This document shows, one piece after another, positions 39,301-50,874 of a stretch of DNA of 64,000 nucleotides; position 1 is the stretch's first letter, and each line of letters starts with the position of its first letter. The stretch lies in the NCBI RefSeq assembly GCF_001194135.2, contig NC_069000.1:45615883-45679882 (forward strand), given 5' to 3'. The notes below the pieces were generated by a model. The model was not told the DNA's origin and did not search any database. It worked only from the letters and a program-made list of their open reading frames with translations. The translations under genes were made by a program, and so were the position numbers. This DNA comes from Octopus bimaculoides (Eukaryota).

Positions 39301-39775
39301 TACGAGGGGCGCTGAAGAATTCCTTGCTTTGGATAAAAGAAAGTACCAGAGAATCAGTTAATTATAATTTTATTCAACATATTCCTTTCTCAGATTCAAA
39401 CATTTATTGCAGCGGTCCTCCAGTCTTTCTAAGCGTTCTTTTACAGTAAAAATTTTTACACTGAAATGTTTTAAAAGTAAAATATCAACAAGTTCGTTAA
39501 TTGTTAGGTTATGGTCCTCCAAGATCAGTTCATGAATTTTCATGGTGTCTTCATTCGTTCGGGAGGTCGACAGTCGTCCTGAACAAGTTTGGTCTTCAAA
39601 CAACAAGTGACCATTCCTAAAGCATGGAAGCCACTCGTAAATTTGTGTTTTGTTCATTGCAGCGTCCTTGTTTGCTGTTAGAAGCATGAGAGCTGTTTCG
39701 GTTGCCTTTTTTCCCCAGCAGAAAAGAGAATTTCACGGAAACATACTATTTCTTCGCTTCAGCCATCACAAAAAG
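39301..39775 (-). mobile_element. Internally deleted mariner (N-terminal HTH region plus 3' TIR)
   Basis: TACGAGGGGCGCTGAAG TIR. The ORF reads AMNKTQIYEWLPCFRNGHLLFEDQTCSGRLSTSRTNEDTMKIHELILEDHNLTINELVD. Confidence 0.9.
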
Positions 39776-39782
39776 GAACGAA

Positions 39783-39800
39783 CAGGGGAGAAGCCTGTCG

Positions 39801-39838
<38 letters not shown>

Positions 39839-39985
39839 CGACAGGCTTTTTTCAGTTTCCGTCTACCAAATCCAATCAAGGTTCTGGTCAGCTTGAGGCT
39901 ATATTAGAAAACACTTACCCAAGGTGCCACGCAGTGGGACTGAACCTGGAACCATGTGGTTGGGAAGCAAGCTTCTTACTATACA
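39783..39985 (-). mobile_element. SINE family B 5' half abutting an internal (TA)n
   Basis: CGACAGGCTTTTTTCAGTTTCCGTCTACCAAATCC..GGTGCCACGCAGTGGGACTGAACC..AAGCTTCTTAC. Confidence 0.9.
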
Positions 39986-40027
39986 AAGTGAATGCACAAG
40001 TGAGTGTGTATATGTGTGTGTGTGTAC

Positions 40028-40079
<52 letters not shown>

Positions 40080-40257
40080 GTATATATATGTAGATATATA
40101 TATATATGTATATATATGTAGATATATATATATATGTATATATATGTAGATATATATATATATATGTATATATATATTTGTATATGTGTGTATATGTGTA
40201 TTTACATGTATGTACTGTTGAAGGTCTGACTCAATGAATATGCCGTATGATAAAGCG

Positions 40258-40460
40258 TCGAGCTGGCGGCACGCCGAGCGAAATGCTTAGCGGTATTTCG
40301 TATGTCTTTACGTTCTGTGTTCAAATTCCGCCGAGGTCGGCTTTACCTTTTATCGTTTCGGGGTCGATAAATTAAGTCCCAGTCATGTACTGGGGTCGAT
40401 CTAATCGACTGGCCTCACCTCCCACCAAATTGCGGGCCTTGTGCCTAGAGTAGAAAAGAA
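40258..40460 (+). mobile_element. SINE family A, near full length
   Basis: GAGCTGGCGG..TTCAAATTCCGCCGAGGTCG..GGGGTCGATAAATTAAG..GGCCTTGTGCCTAGAGTAGAAAAG. Confidence 0.92.
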
Positions 40461-40992
40461 TGTGTCATACGACTGAGTGACGAGATGCTCGCTTGTTTTA
40501 GTCATGTACCGTTGAGTGACTGTGACTGTACATGAGTCGTTATGAAGTGAGTGCATGGAAACGACGACAAACAAATTGACTGACTGATCGATTGAAGGTT
40601 GATTGCTAGATTGCTATCCAAATCAATAATTCAAATAACCTATTTTGCTATATATATATATATANNNNNNNNNNNNNNNNNNNNNNNNNNNNNNNNNNNN
40701 NNNNNNNNNNNNNNNNNNNNNNNNNNNNNNNNNNNNNNNNNNNNNNNNNNNNNNNNNNNNNNNNNNNNNNNNNNNNNNNNNNNNNNNNNNNNNNNNNNNN
40801 NNNNNNNNNNNNNNNNNNNNNNNNNNNNNNNNNNNNNNNNNNNNNNNNNNNNNNNNNNNNNNNNNNNNNNNNNNNNNNNNNNNNNNNNNNNNNNNNNNNN
40901 NNNNNNNNNNNNNNNNNNNNNNNNNNNNNNNNNNNTATATGTATATATGTATATGTATATATATATATATGTATGTATATATATATATATAG

Positions 40993-41053
<61 letters not shown>

Positions 41054-41574
41054 CATATACATATACTGTATGTGGTAAATGAAATAAACATGTGTATGCA
41101 TAGATACTTATATGTGTATATGCATTGAAGGACATAAACACACACACACAAATATCAAGACATAGAATTTGAGACAGAAATAGACAGGCACGAACGCAGT
41201 TACACGCATACACTCACATTCACACACACTCAGACATACTCGCACACGCACAAGGACATCCTCATATTTAGATATCACAATGCGATGAGATCAAGATGAC
41301 CTCAACCAATGTATTGTCATACGGAAAAGTATTGATATTTTTTACGCTTGAATAATCAGGTGATGAGTAACACAAACGCAAAGCTACATGTTCATACATG
41401 TAAAAAAACCCTAAATGGAATCCTGCCTCATTAACTCTACCTGATGACTCACGTCAAAATAATATAACCGAATTATATCTAAAATAACTGGGCATCTTCC
41501 ATACATTGTGGCATTCCGGTTCATATGTAGGGTGGCCCAAAATACATACAATTATATAAAATGATGGCTTGAAC

Positions 41575-41807
41575 CCAATGACTACGACCTGTTCCTGGTG
41601 AAAGATGAGGTTCAACGCTTCCTCAACAACATGGCGGTGAGCTGATATGACATGCACATACAAACACTGCTACAGCCCCTACAAAAATGCATCGACCGAA
41701 ATGGCAATTATGTAGAAAATAGATAAATGTTCGAAATGTATAATGATGCAAGCATCATTGACAATAAACGTTTCTGTGATTTCTATTTTTGGAGACCTTA
41801 CTTTTAT
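41575..41807 (+). mobile_element. Mariner 3' end remnant
   Basis: LEPNDYDLF..VKDEVQRFL..IQTL..LQKCIDRNGNYVEK*, followed by TIR-like GACCTTACTTTTAT. Confidence 0.75.
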
Positions 41808-41846
41808 ATACAGAGAGAGTGGGGAGAGAGATAGATATAGATATAG

Positions 41847-42007
41847 TTTTTCATGACCACCTCACATGTCTGGCTCACGCTACTAAACGTTTCACGCACA
41901 TGGAACCCATGTACATTCTTCAGGCCGCCTGAAGAGCGTACATGGGTTCCATGTGCAGAAAACTTTTCGTAGCGTGGGCCAGACACATGTGAAGTGGTCA
42001 TGAAAAA
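41847..42007. repeat. 161-bp imperfect palindrome (foldback) with a hammerhead-like motif in each arm
   Basis: Arms 41847-41924 and 41928-42007 with loop CCG. The minus arm reads CTGAAGA-ATGTACATGG/GTT/CCATGTGCGT-GAAAC. Confidence 0.9.
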
Positions 42008-42072
42008 CAATATTTACTCTCGTTAGATGGAGAACTCTTTCTTGTTGAACCTAGATATTCGGACCAATTTAT

Positions 42073-42104
<32 letters not shown>

Positions 42105-42555
42105 ACACACACACACACACATAGGATAGATAGAAACTTGCATACATACATGTACGCGTATATACGTACGAAGGCCTGTGTCTCTTCGTGACCGTGTTTC
42201 TTCCTACAGGCGCTGGTTTAATCGGCGCTGGTTTATATGTTAGGTACACCATCCTTAAAATGAGAAATACTCAACTAAAAACAAAACAATTAAGGTATTG
42301 GAAACCTTTCTTCTTTTATACTTTCATTATTTTACTTGTTTCAGTTGCTGGAATGTGGTCATGCTGGAGCAACGCCTTGAAATCACTCACATTGACTTTG
42401 GGATTATATTTAAGTAAGGCACTTGTTCTCGTGTCAACTTCTTTTGTCGGCCCCCTATGTTACAAGTATATAAACAAATCCACACCGGATGCTGAACGTT
42501 GAGACGGAAAACAAAGTCTAAAGCACACGCAGATACACTATATATATATACATAT

Positions 42556-42610
<55 letters not shown>

Positions 42611-42663
42611 NNNNNNNNNNNNNNNNNNNNNNNNNNNNNNNNNNNNNNNNNNNNNNNNNNNNT

Positions 42664-42694
<31 letters not shown>

Positions 42695-43075
42695 ATGAGA
42701 AGACGGAAAGATTATTGGTGCGTGTGTGTGAGTCTAGTATCTGTGCCCCAGATTCACTCACGAGGCACTGGTTTAGTTTAAAATGCCTTTTACGATTTTA
42801 GTGCAACTTTAATTAATTTTAAGTCAGCCTGCACCATTAATTGGCTCGTTAATTAGTAACTGTAATATTCTAAAGAGTTGTATTCACCGTGGGGTGCAGC
42901 TGTATCATCAGACATATGGTGTAGGGTTAAGATTCAGCCTGTATTATTCTCCGTTGCATTTATTTACATTGCAAAGGAGCGTTGGTCCCCAAGTTACGCT
43001 ATGTGAGGCAGCGTGTGGTACTTCAGACTCTGGAGACGTAGAGTTGGTCGGTTCTATATTCTGCATTTCTAACTT

Positions 43076-43775
43076 GTCATATTGGTTTCAAATTTTGGCT
43101 CAAGACAACAATTTTGGGTGAGTCACTATGCTCAACTGGTACTTATTTTATCGACCCCCAGAAGAATGAAATGTAAAATTGACCTCGGTGGAATTTGAAC
43201 TCAGAACGTAAAGACTGACGAAATGCCGGTAAGCATTTTCTCCGGCGTGCTAACGATTCAGCCAGCTCGCCGCTTTGTTTCCTAATTCATATAACATTGT
43301 AAATTTGAACCTATTATATGATGACTTGCAGCAAAGCGCCGAGCTGGCAGAGTCGTTAGTACGCCTGACAAAATGCTTGGTGGCGTTTCGTCCGTTTATA
43401 CGTTCTGAGTTCAAATACAGATGATGTCGACTTATATCCTTTCGGGGTTGATCAATTAAGTATTAACTAGTTGGGAACTTAGGTCGATAAAATCTACATT
43501 CCAGTTCTCCCCCCCCCCAAAAAAAAGAAAGAAAAAAGAACTGTTAGGTCTGTGACAAAATTTGAAATCACTATAGGAGGGCCTGCAGTTTAAAGCACCG
43601 AGCTGGCAGAATCGTTAGCTCACCGCAAAAAAGAAACAAAAAACCTTGTATTCGTATTTTTATGTTAAAATTATGAATTCAAATTCCGTCAAAGTCAACT
43701 TTGCTTTTTTCTCTCGTGTTGGATTGTATCGACTAATCCGTCCATTCAAAACTGTTGGGCTTGTGTCTAAATTAA
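43076..43775. mobile_element. Cluster of three SINE family A copies (minus 43076-43275, plus 43336-43568, plus 43594-43775)
   Basis: Three GAGCTGGCAGA-type heads with TTCAAAT B-box-like words and family tails. Confidence 0.88.
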
Positions 43776-43783
43776 ACCCCTTA

Positions 43784-44880
43784 TACGAGGTCTGATCAAT
43801 AAGTATCTCGACTGGTGCTATAAAATCAAAACTACAACACGTACCAATTTAACATTTAATTTCCTTCTAAGTAGACCCCTTCGGAAGCCACACACTTGAT
43901 CCAACGCTGTTTCCATCGATGGAAGCATTCTTGGAACTCGTTTTCTGGGATAATCAGCAGCTGCATCATCGCATTCTCTTTGATTTCCTCGACGTCCTGA
44001 AATCTTCTTCCTTTCAAGCGAGATTTGATTTTTGGAATGAGGAAAAAATCGCAGGAGGCAAGATCTGGGGAATGTGGTGGCTGTCGGACCTGGGGAATGC
44101 CGTGCCTAGCCAAAATTGGGCAGATGCGTTGTCATGGTGAAATTGCCACTCACCGGACGTATGCAATTGCGACCTTTCTCGACGAATAGCATCCCACAAG
44201 CGCCGCAAAACGTCACGGTAGTACTTCTTGCTTACTATACTCATGATGAACAATCCCCTTGTAGTCAAAGAAAAAGGTCAACAGTGTCTTCACATTGCTT
44301 CGTTCCTTCTTCGGTCTCCGAAATGTTGGGGTCTTCCACTGCGAAGACTGAGCCTTTGTTTCGGGGTCAAAGCCATAGAACCACGATTCATCACCCGCTA
44401 TGACCATTTTCAAAAGTTTTCGACAGTCAAGGAGATCTTGTGCAATTGAAACCCGAGTGACTTTTTAATCAGCTGAAAGCAGTTTTGACACAAACTTGGC
44501 AGACACGCGTCACATACCCAAATCTTCAGTGATAATTGAGCTGTAACTAATCTGCACATCTTCCGATAACTCACGGATGGTGATGCAACGATTCCCCCTC
44601 AGAGCTGCACGCACATCTGCGATGTTTTTCTCAGTTCGGCTGGTTGTTGTAAGTCTCCCAGAGCATTCGTCAATATCGACATTTTTTCGGCCATCTTGGA
44701 AACGTCTGTACCACTCGTACACTTGTGGGCAGCTCATACACTCTTCTCCATACACTTTCTGTAACTTTGCGCAGGCCTCTGAGCAGGTATCGTCCAAGAT
44801 TTTGGCAAAATTTGATGCAGATTCCCTGATCAACTTTCTGTATGACTACAGCGTATCATCATCCAGTGCCCTTTCAGTCT
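43784..44880 (-). mobile_element. Near full-length mariner transposase pseudogene (DD34D) with 3' TIR
   Basis: HTH QVYEWYRRFQDGRKNVD; first D in VIAGDESWFYGFDPETK; WQFHHDNA; PPHSPDLASCDFFLIPKIK; ends CVASEGVYLEGN*. TIR TACGAGGTCTGATCAATAAGTATC. Several frameshifts. Confidence 0.97.
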
Positions 44881-45332
44881 GGTGGCGGTGGTTACTAGTG
44901 ACTTACCTGACCCAGGGCTTTATGGCTACGAAAGCAGGAACCCCAGTTTGGACTCCTTCCACCGTTGTTTGCTTCGGGCCAGTAGTGGCCATGTAGGCCC
45001 CAGTCGTGGCTATGTAGGCCCACATACACACACACGTACACACACTTCCATACATACATATATGCATACATACATACATACGCACATATTCCCACGCACA
45101 TATAGCTACACCTCTGTAGAAACAATCTGTTGAACCCGTTTCTACGATTCTTACCTGTGAAAGGCAGTTTCAAGCAGAAAGTCAAGTATAACGGACGGCC
45201 ATAACAACCATTTCAAAACAATTTTCAACTTTTGTGCTTTACTCTCGTTTCCTGCCAACTTTCCTTGCTCTATTCACGCATGACCACTCGGACATTTAAA
45301 GCAGAAATATATTTTGTTGTTGTTAGTGGTGG

Positions 45333-45363
<31 letters not shown>

Positions 45364-45912
45364 ATTTCCATTGATTTTGTGACTGTTTTGTTGTTGTTGC
45401 AGTTGTGTTCTGACGCGGTGTTTCCTCGTCCATTTTTGAACTGTTTAAAACTCATCGAATTAATTCAACCCGAGTGAATATGTATGAGTAGAGGGCGTTC
45501 AGGTCTGTTTTGTAGTGGTGGAGGTAGTGACTGAGGAGGTAATGACTGAGGAGGCAGTGCTGGTGGTGGTGGTGTCGAGGGTAGTGGAGTTGGAGGTAGT
45601 GATCATTATAGTCCACCACTACCACCACCACCACCACTAACAGCAGCAGCACCACCACCTCCACATCCGCCGCCGCCGCCACCACTAAAAGTGCAAAACG
45701 ATGTTTTAAGACTGTGTTTTTTTGTGGTCGTTGGTGATATATTTTAACATAAAGTTCACACAGTTTAACATAATCTTGGTCATGTTTTTCTATGTTAATC
45801 CTGTTATTTGGATATTTTAGCATTACAAAGCAACAAATATTATATTTCTTCATTACAATTTCAACATCTCGCCAGTATGTATCCATGTATATACGCCTAT
45901 ATACACATATCC

Positions 45913-46011
<99 letters not shown>

Positions 46012-46340
46012 TAATCTGACTTCACACTCACTAGAGATTCACATCAACAATAAATGCTCAGTCGTTATTCTTAAAAATGCTTTAAATAATAAAATTACAC
46101 ATGTAAGTATACATACATTGCCACCCCAGCGCTCTGTGGTGGTCTTTTTCGCTGCCGAAGTGATGGTGGGTGGTCTCCCCCTTTCAGGCCTTGTGGGGCA
46201 GGATCTACTTAAGTCATGATTGTCTAGGTTAATATATATATATTATATAAAATTTGTGGGGAAGGCCGGAGCAATGCTAAAATAAATCCAAGGTAAAACA
46301 CAAGAAAACAGGCATATGTATTAATGGTGACTCACCCTAC

Positions 46341-46378
46341 ATTCAATATTTCAGGGCTATGACCCCCTCTTTAGGAAT
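46341..46378 (-). ncRNA. Minimal type I hammerhead-ribozyme-like motif, degenerate core
   Basis: ATTC-CTAAAGA-GGGG/GTCATAG/CCCT-GAAA-TAT-T-GAAT: 4-bp stem I, 4-bp stem II and a palindromic AATATT. The core has G5A. Confidence 0.5.
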
Positions 46379-46484
46379 TAACGAATGTTGCAGACGTACG
46401 TACGTGTGCGTATGTGGGGAGTAGATATGCGCAGAACGTTGTTGTTATAGTAACCAGCTAGCTTCATGTAACTCTCTTCTGTGT

Positions 46485-46606
46485 CCCACTAAAGCTTTGT
46501 GAGTGGATTTGGTAGGCGGAAACTGAAAGAAGCCTGTCGTATATGCATATATATGTGTGTGTTTGTGTATTTGTGTTTGTCCCCCCCCCCATACCATCAC
46601 TTGACA
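46485..46606 (+). mobile_element. SINE family B middle with internal microsatellite
   Basis: AAGCTTTGTGAGTGGATTTGGTAGGCGGAAACTGAAAGAAGCCTGTCGTATAT..TGTGTTTGTCCCCCC..CACTTGACAA. Confidence 0.88.
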
Positions 46607-46609
46607 AGG

Positions 46610-47130
46610 AGGGTAGTGATGAGCTGGAAACTGTGTTGGAAGCGGATACATCTCAAACTACGCATGAGTTAGCAGCAAGGTGTGATGTTTCGATTCCAAC
46701 TGTACTGGACCAAACAAATCGGCAAGGTAAAGAAGCTGGACAAGTGGGTACCACACGAAATGAACGAGCATCAAATGACATGCTGTCTTGAAACTTGCTG
46801 TTCTTTGCTGTCACGGCATAAAAGCGAACCACTTTTGCATCGTATTGTTACGTGTGATGAAATATGGATTATTTTCAACAATAGTAAGCGTTCTGCCAAA
46901 ACACAATCCCAAAACAAATATTCACCAAAAAAGCTAATGGTGTTTGTTCGGTGGTCCAGAGCTGGTGTCATCCACTACAGCTTCATGGGACCTGGTAAGT
47001 CAATTACAGCGGTTTATACATCAACCAACTGGATGGAATGGCGAGTGAAATTGCAATTAAAACAACCCAGATTAGTCAACAGAGACAAGCCAATTCTCTT
47101 GCAAGACAAGACAATACTCGACGACCATCG
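46610..47130 (+). mobile_element. Mariner transposase fragment (Hsmar1/cecropia-mauritiana-like)
   Basis: QIGKVKKLDKWVPHEM..LHRIVTCDEIWI..KKLMVFVRWSRAGVIHYSF..RLVNRDKPILLQD. Confidence 0.95.
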
Positions 47131-47225
47131 TCTTTTGCTTTTTGTGAATTTCCCCCCCCCCCATATATNNNNNNNNNNNNNNNNNNNNNNNNNNNNNNNN
47201 NNNNNNNNNNNNNNNNNNNNNNNNN

Positions 47226-47269
<44 letters not shown>

Positions 47270-47273
<4 letters not shown>

Positions 47274-47410
47274 GCTTTCAGTTTCCGCCTACCAAATTCA
47301 CTCACAAGGCTTTAGTCGGCCCGTGGCTATAGTAAAAGACACTTGCCGAAAGTACCACGCAGTGGGACTGAACCCGGAGCCATATGGGAAGTAAGCTTCT
47401 TACCACGCAC
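47270..47410 (-). mobile_element. SINE family B 5' half
   Basis: GCTTTCAGTTTCCGCCTACCAAATTCACTCACAAGGCTT..CCACGCAGTGGGACTGAACCC..AAGCTTCTTACCAC. Confidence 0.9.
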
Positions 47411-47439
47411 ACACACACACACACACACGCACAATACTT

Positions 47440-48040
47440 AGAGTATGCCAAAAGAGCGAGGTAAACCAATAAACTTCGTAAAGTTGCTTATCATCATGTT
47501 GTTTGTTACGCTACAAAGAAAGATACAAAAATGAGAAATCAGGTTTGCAATACAATATGATAAATGAGTAAGATGGTATATGAAACCCTGTTTTAAGGGG
47601 AAAAGTAGATAGCTGTACTGTTGAAAAAATAATTGTTGCTAAAATATTTTGTTAGATGGTGTAATGGTATCTATAACTTGAAATAAATTGTAAACTCAAC
47701 TGACTGGCGCCAACAAATAGCAAAAGAACTCGATGAACAAGTTTCTAACATATTCCGAAGAGTTTCGACTGATGATGTATGATCATAGATAAAATATGCG
47801 TTACTGATCTCGGAGGTATGTAAACTTTCTCGAAACTTAATAGTGGAATCAAATATTTACCGAGTGTTCATTGATATATTCTTAACATTTGGGTGGATTA
47901 TATTATTATAAAAAGAAGAGAAAAACAGGAAAAGAGGTCTTAAATGTTTATAAAAGAAGCTTTTGAGACCGGAAACCCATAATGTGTGGATCAACAACGG
48001 CAAATAATTTTATAATACGGAGGTGCAAAAGATATTACAC
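47440..48040 (+). mobile_element. Maverick/Polinton remnant: PLA2-like gene followed by retroviral-type integrase
   Basis: Frameshifted GKPIN..VAYHHVVCYATKKDTKMRNQVC, then DWRQQIAKEL..TDLGGM*TFSKLNSGIKYL..VFIDIFLTFGWI..RPETHNVWINNGK*FYNTEVQKIL. These match the Maverick integrase motifs LAEELH/DLVDM/IDIFSK.GW/LW.D.GKEFYN. Confidence 0.8.
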
Positions 48041-48110
48041 GGTATACAGAAATGCATATATACATACATACGTACGTACATAATATATATATATATGTAT
48101 ATATATATAT

Positions 48111-48307
48111 GGGAGAATATACAAATAATAACAACAGACGAGGACAGGTGGTGTAAATAACAAAAGTATATATTAGTATGACGCTCGGGAATACGGAAAG
48201 TCTTTGACGTTTCGAGCTACGCTCTTCAACAGAAAGAATACGGAGACAAGGAGAAAAACACGGAGAAAAAAAAAATTGAATAGTGTTCAGTCAACGGTCA
48301 ATCATAT
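48111..48307 (-). mobile_element. About 200-bp hammerhead-bearing Penelope-like unit within (TA)n
   Basis: Contains the motif at 48201-48237. A sister copy lies at 28324-28405. Confidence 0.7.
48201..48237 (-). ncRNA. Minimal type I hammerhead-ribozyme-like motif (CUGUUGA core)
   Basis: TCTTT-CTGTTGA-A-GAGC/GTA/GCTC-GAAA-CGT-C-AAAGA: 5-bp stem I, 4-bp stem II, palindromic ACGT and GUC cleavage triplet. The core has A6U plus an extra A. Confidence 0.65.
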
Positions 48308-48536
48308 NNNNNNNNNNNNNNNNNNNNNNNNNNNNNNNNNNNNNNNNNNNNNNNNNNNNNNNNNNNNNNNNNNNNNNNNNNNNNNNNNNNNNNNNNNNNN
48401 NNNNNNNNNNNNNNNNNNNNNNNNNNNNNNNNNNNNNNNNNNNNNNNNNNNNNNNNNNNNNNNNNNNNNNNNNNNNNNNNNNNNNNNNNNNNNNNNNNNN
48501 NNNNNNNNNNNNNNNNNNNNNNNNNNNNNNNNNNNN

Positions 48537-48786
48537 ATATTTACCGAGTGTTCATTGATATATTCTTAACATTTGGGTGGATTATATTATTATAAAAAGA
48601 AGAGAAAAACAGGAAAAGAGGTCTTAAATGTTTATAAAAGAAGCTTTTGAGACCGGAAACCCATAATGTGTGGATCAACAACGGCAAATAATTTTATAAT
48701 ACGGAGGTGCAAAAGATATTACACGGTATACAGAAATGCATATATACATACATACGTACGTACATAATATATATATATATGTATAT
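48537..48786 (+). repeat. Exact 250-bp duplicate of 47853-48102 across an N-gap
   Basis: Identical sequence on both sides of the gap; probably a haplotype or contig-overlap artefact. Confidence 0.85.
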
Positions 48787-49020
48787 GTAAATATAATTTC
48801 CAGGATTCAAGAGATTCAGGTACTTAAATTGTAATGCACCAAAATCAGAACGGTAATAGTACTATCGTGTACAAACAATATTTAGGACAAATACGTATAT
48901 ATGTTTGTGTGTACGTGTGTGTGTATACGTGATGTATGTGTGTGTGTATGTGTGTGTGTGTGTGTGTGTGATTTATTAGTCGCCAGTATACTAAAATACA
49001 GTAATGGCTAATTTATATTG

Positions 49021-49218
49021 AAATTATAATAAGGGTGTTGAATGATTACAACACTAGTCTGCTAGAAATAGACCTTAAATGGTTTAGGAAGCACTTAGAT
49101 TATTACTCCACTGTACAGCCTTGTGTAGTAGAGTAATAATTTAAGTGGTTCCTAGACCATTTAGGGTCTATTTCTAGCAGACTAGTGTTGTAATCATTCG
49201 ACACCCTTATTATAATTT
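49021..49218. repeat. 198-bp foldback (97-bp arms, 4-nt loop), MITE-like
   Basis: Arms 49021-49117 and 49122-49218 are complementary at 89 of 97 positions, with no indels. Confidence 0.93.
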
Positions 49219-50243
49219 ACATATATATATATATAGCAATAATATCAAGACTTCATTTAAATACCTTTATGGTACCCCTGAAAGCCTGCTACATTATGAA
49301 GAATCCCTGAATATATGACAAGTATTGCAGAATAATATGAAATTCACCGTTACATTAATCGAGTGACGCAGTGTGACTCTCGTAGGCAAGCCGCCATCAT
49401 GTTCACATCTTTACCTCCTGAGATTGGAGAGTTACAAGACACGAAAACTTATTCGTGCATATCGAAAACATCTGCACACATCAATAACAAGAGCTGCGTA
49501 TATCAATACACCAATTGTATGTTTGTGTATTGATTTAGATTTTAGTTTTCAGGGAAAGCCTGTGAGCTTATCAATAAATCAATTGATTCAGTGAATGAAA
49601 ACTGGGTCTTTGGCGTCGATATTGCTTCACATCTACTATGTCTCTTTCCCCCATTAACCTGCCTTCACTTATAACTTCACTCTCACAACTTCTCTTTTCT
49701 CTCTTTCACCTCATTTCTCTCTCTCTCTCCCTCCCCCCTCCCTCTCTCTCTCTCTCACTCTTTCATAAACACTTCCCCTTCCTATGTCTTTTCATTTCTC
49801 TCTCTCCCTCCCCTCTCTTTCTTATTTTTCCCTTTATTCTCACTCCCCCTTTCACCCTCTCTCTCTAACATATCTCACTCTCACATATCAATAATTATTA
49901 CTGTATTTCTCCTGCTTTCACTTCTCCCCATTCTCTCTCTCCTTTCCTCTTTCTTACACCCCCACCCTTCTCTCTCACTGTCTCTCTGTCTCTTTCTCTC
50001 TCTCTCCCATCTCTCTGTAGTTGTATTCTTTTATTTTGAAATAATTTTAGGGCTTTTTACTCTCTTATTCATCTGCTTATTTCTCCAGCCAACATGTGTA
50101 CGTGTGCGCGCACGTGCATGTGTGTTTTTTATGGTCAACAAGTATTGAGGGGTTAAATACATACAAACACACAAACATGTTTCACACGCACGCACACAAA
50201 CACTCACACATAAACACGTGCACACATACACACATATAATAAC

Positions 50244-50277
<34 letters not shown>

Positions 50278-50289
50278 GAAGCATTGCAT

Positions 50290-50580
50290 TATTGAATGGA
50301 CAAGGGGCTATCAGATGATGTCAGACACCGCTGGTCACAATGCGTTCTCTCGGATTGCTGTAGCTTTCGAAAGATCCCAGCCCACAGTTTAGGCGGTTAA
50401 ACGAAGATTCCTCTTGTACTGGGTGCTAGTCCGTTGACGGGGGTTTCCCATTTACAGCTTAATGGACTGAGGCAATGTGAAACGAATTGGCTTTGACCAC
50501 CAGACGCACTGCCTTGTCCGAGAATTGAAACTACGAGCTTGAGATTGTCAGTGCAATACCTTAACCACTACACGATGCAC
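50290..50580 (-). mobile_element. Degenerate SINE (family C-like)
   Basis: TACAGCTTAATGGACTGAGGCAATGTGAAA..GAGAATTGAAACTACG..AATACCTTAACCACTA resembles the 57640-57735 head. Confidence 0.6.
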
Positions 50581-50827
50581 TTCCATGCAGCGTCCGTCGA
50601 TCATGTTTAGCCACAAAGCATTTGTCAACCAGGCAGCTTGTAATAACGGACACTTGCCAAAGGTTCCGAACAGTGGGACGGGACCCGAAACTGCGTGGTT
50701 GAAAAACAAACTCCTTAAGCCTTCAGTCATGCTTGTGCCTAAGCGCACGCGTGCGCGCTTGATGTGCATGTTTGCTCAAACTTGTCTTGGTCGTGTTGTC
50801 TGTATTTTAATCGTCCATTGCATTTCC

Positions 50828-50874
<47 letters not shown>

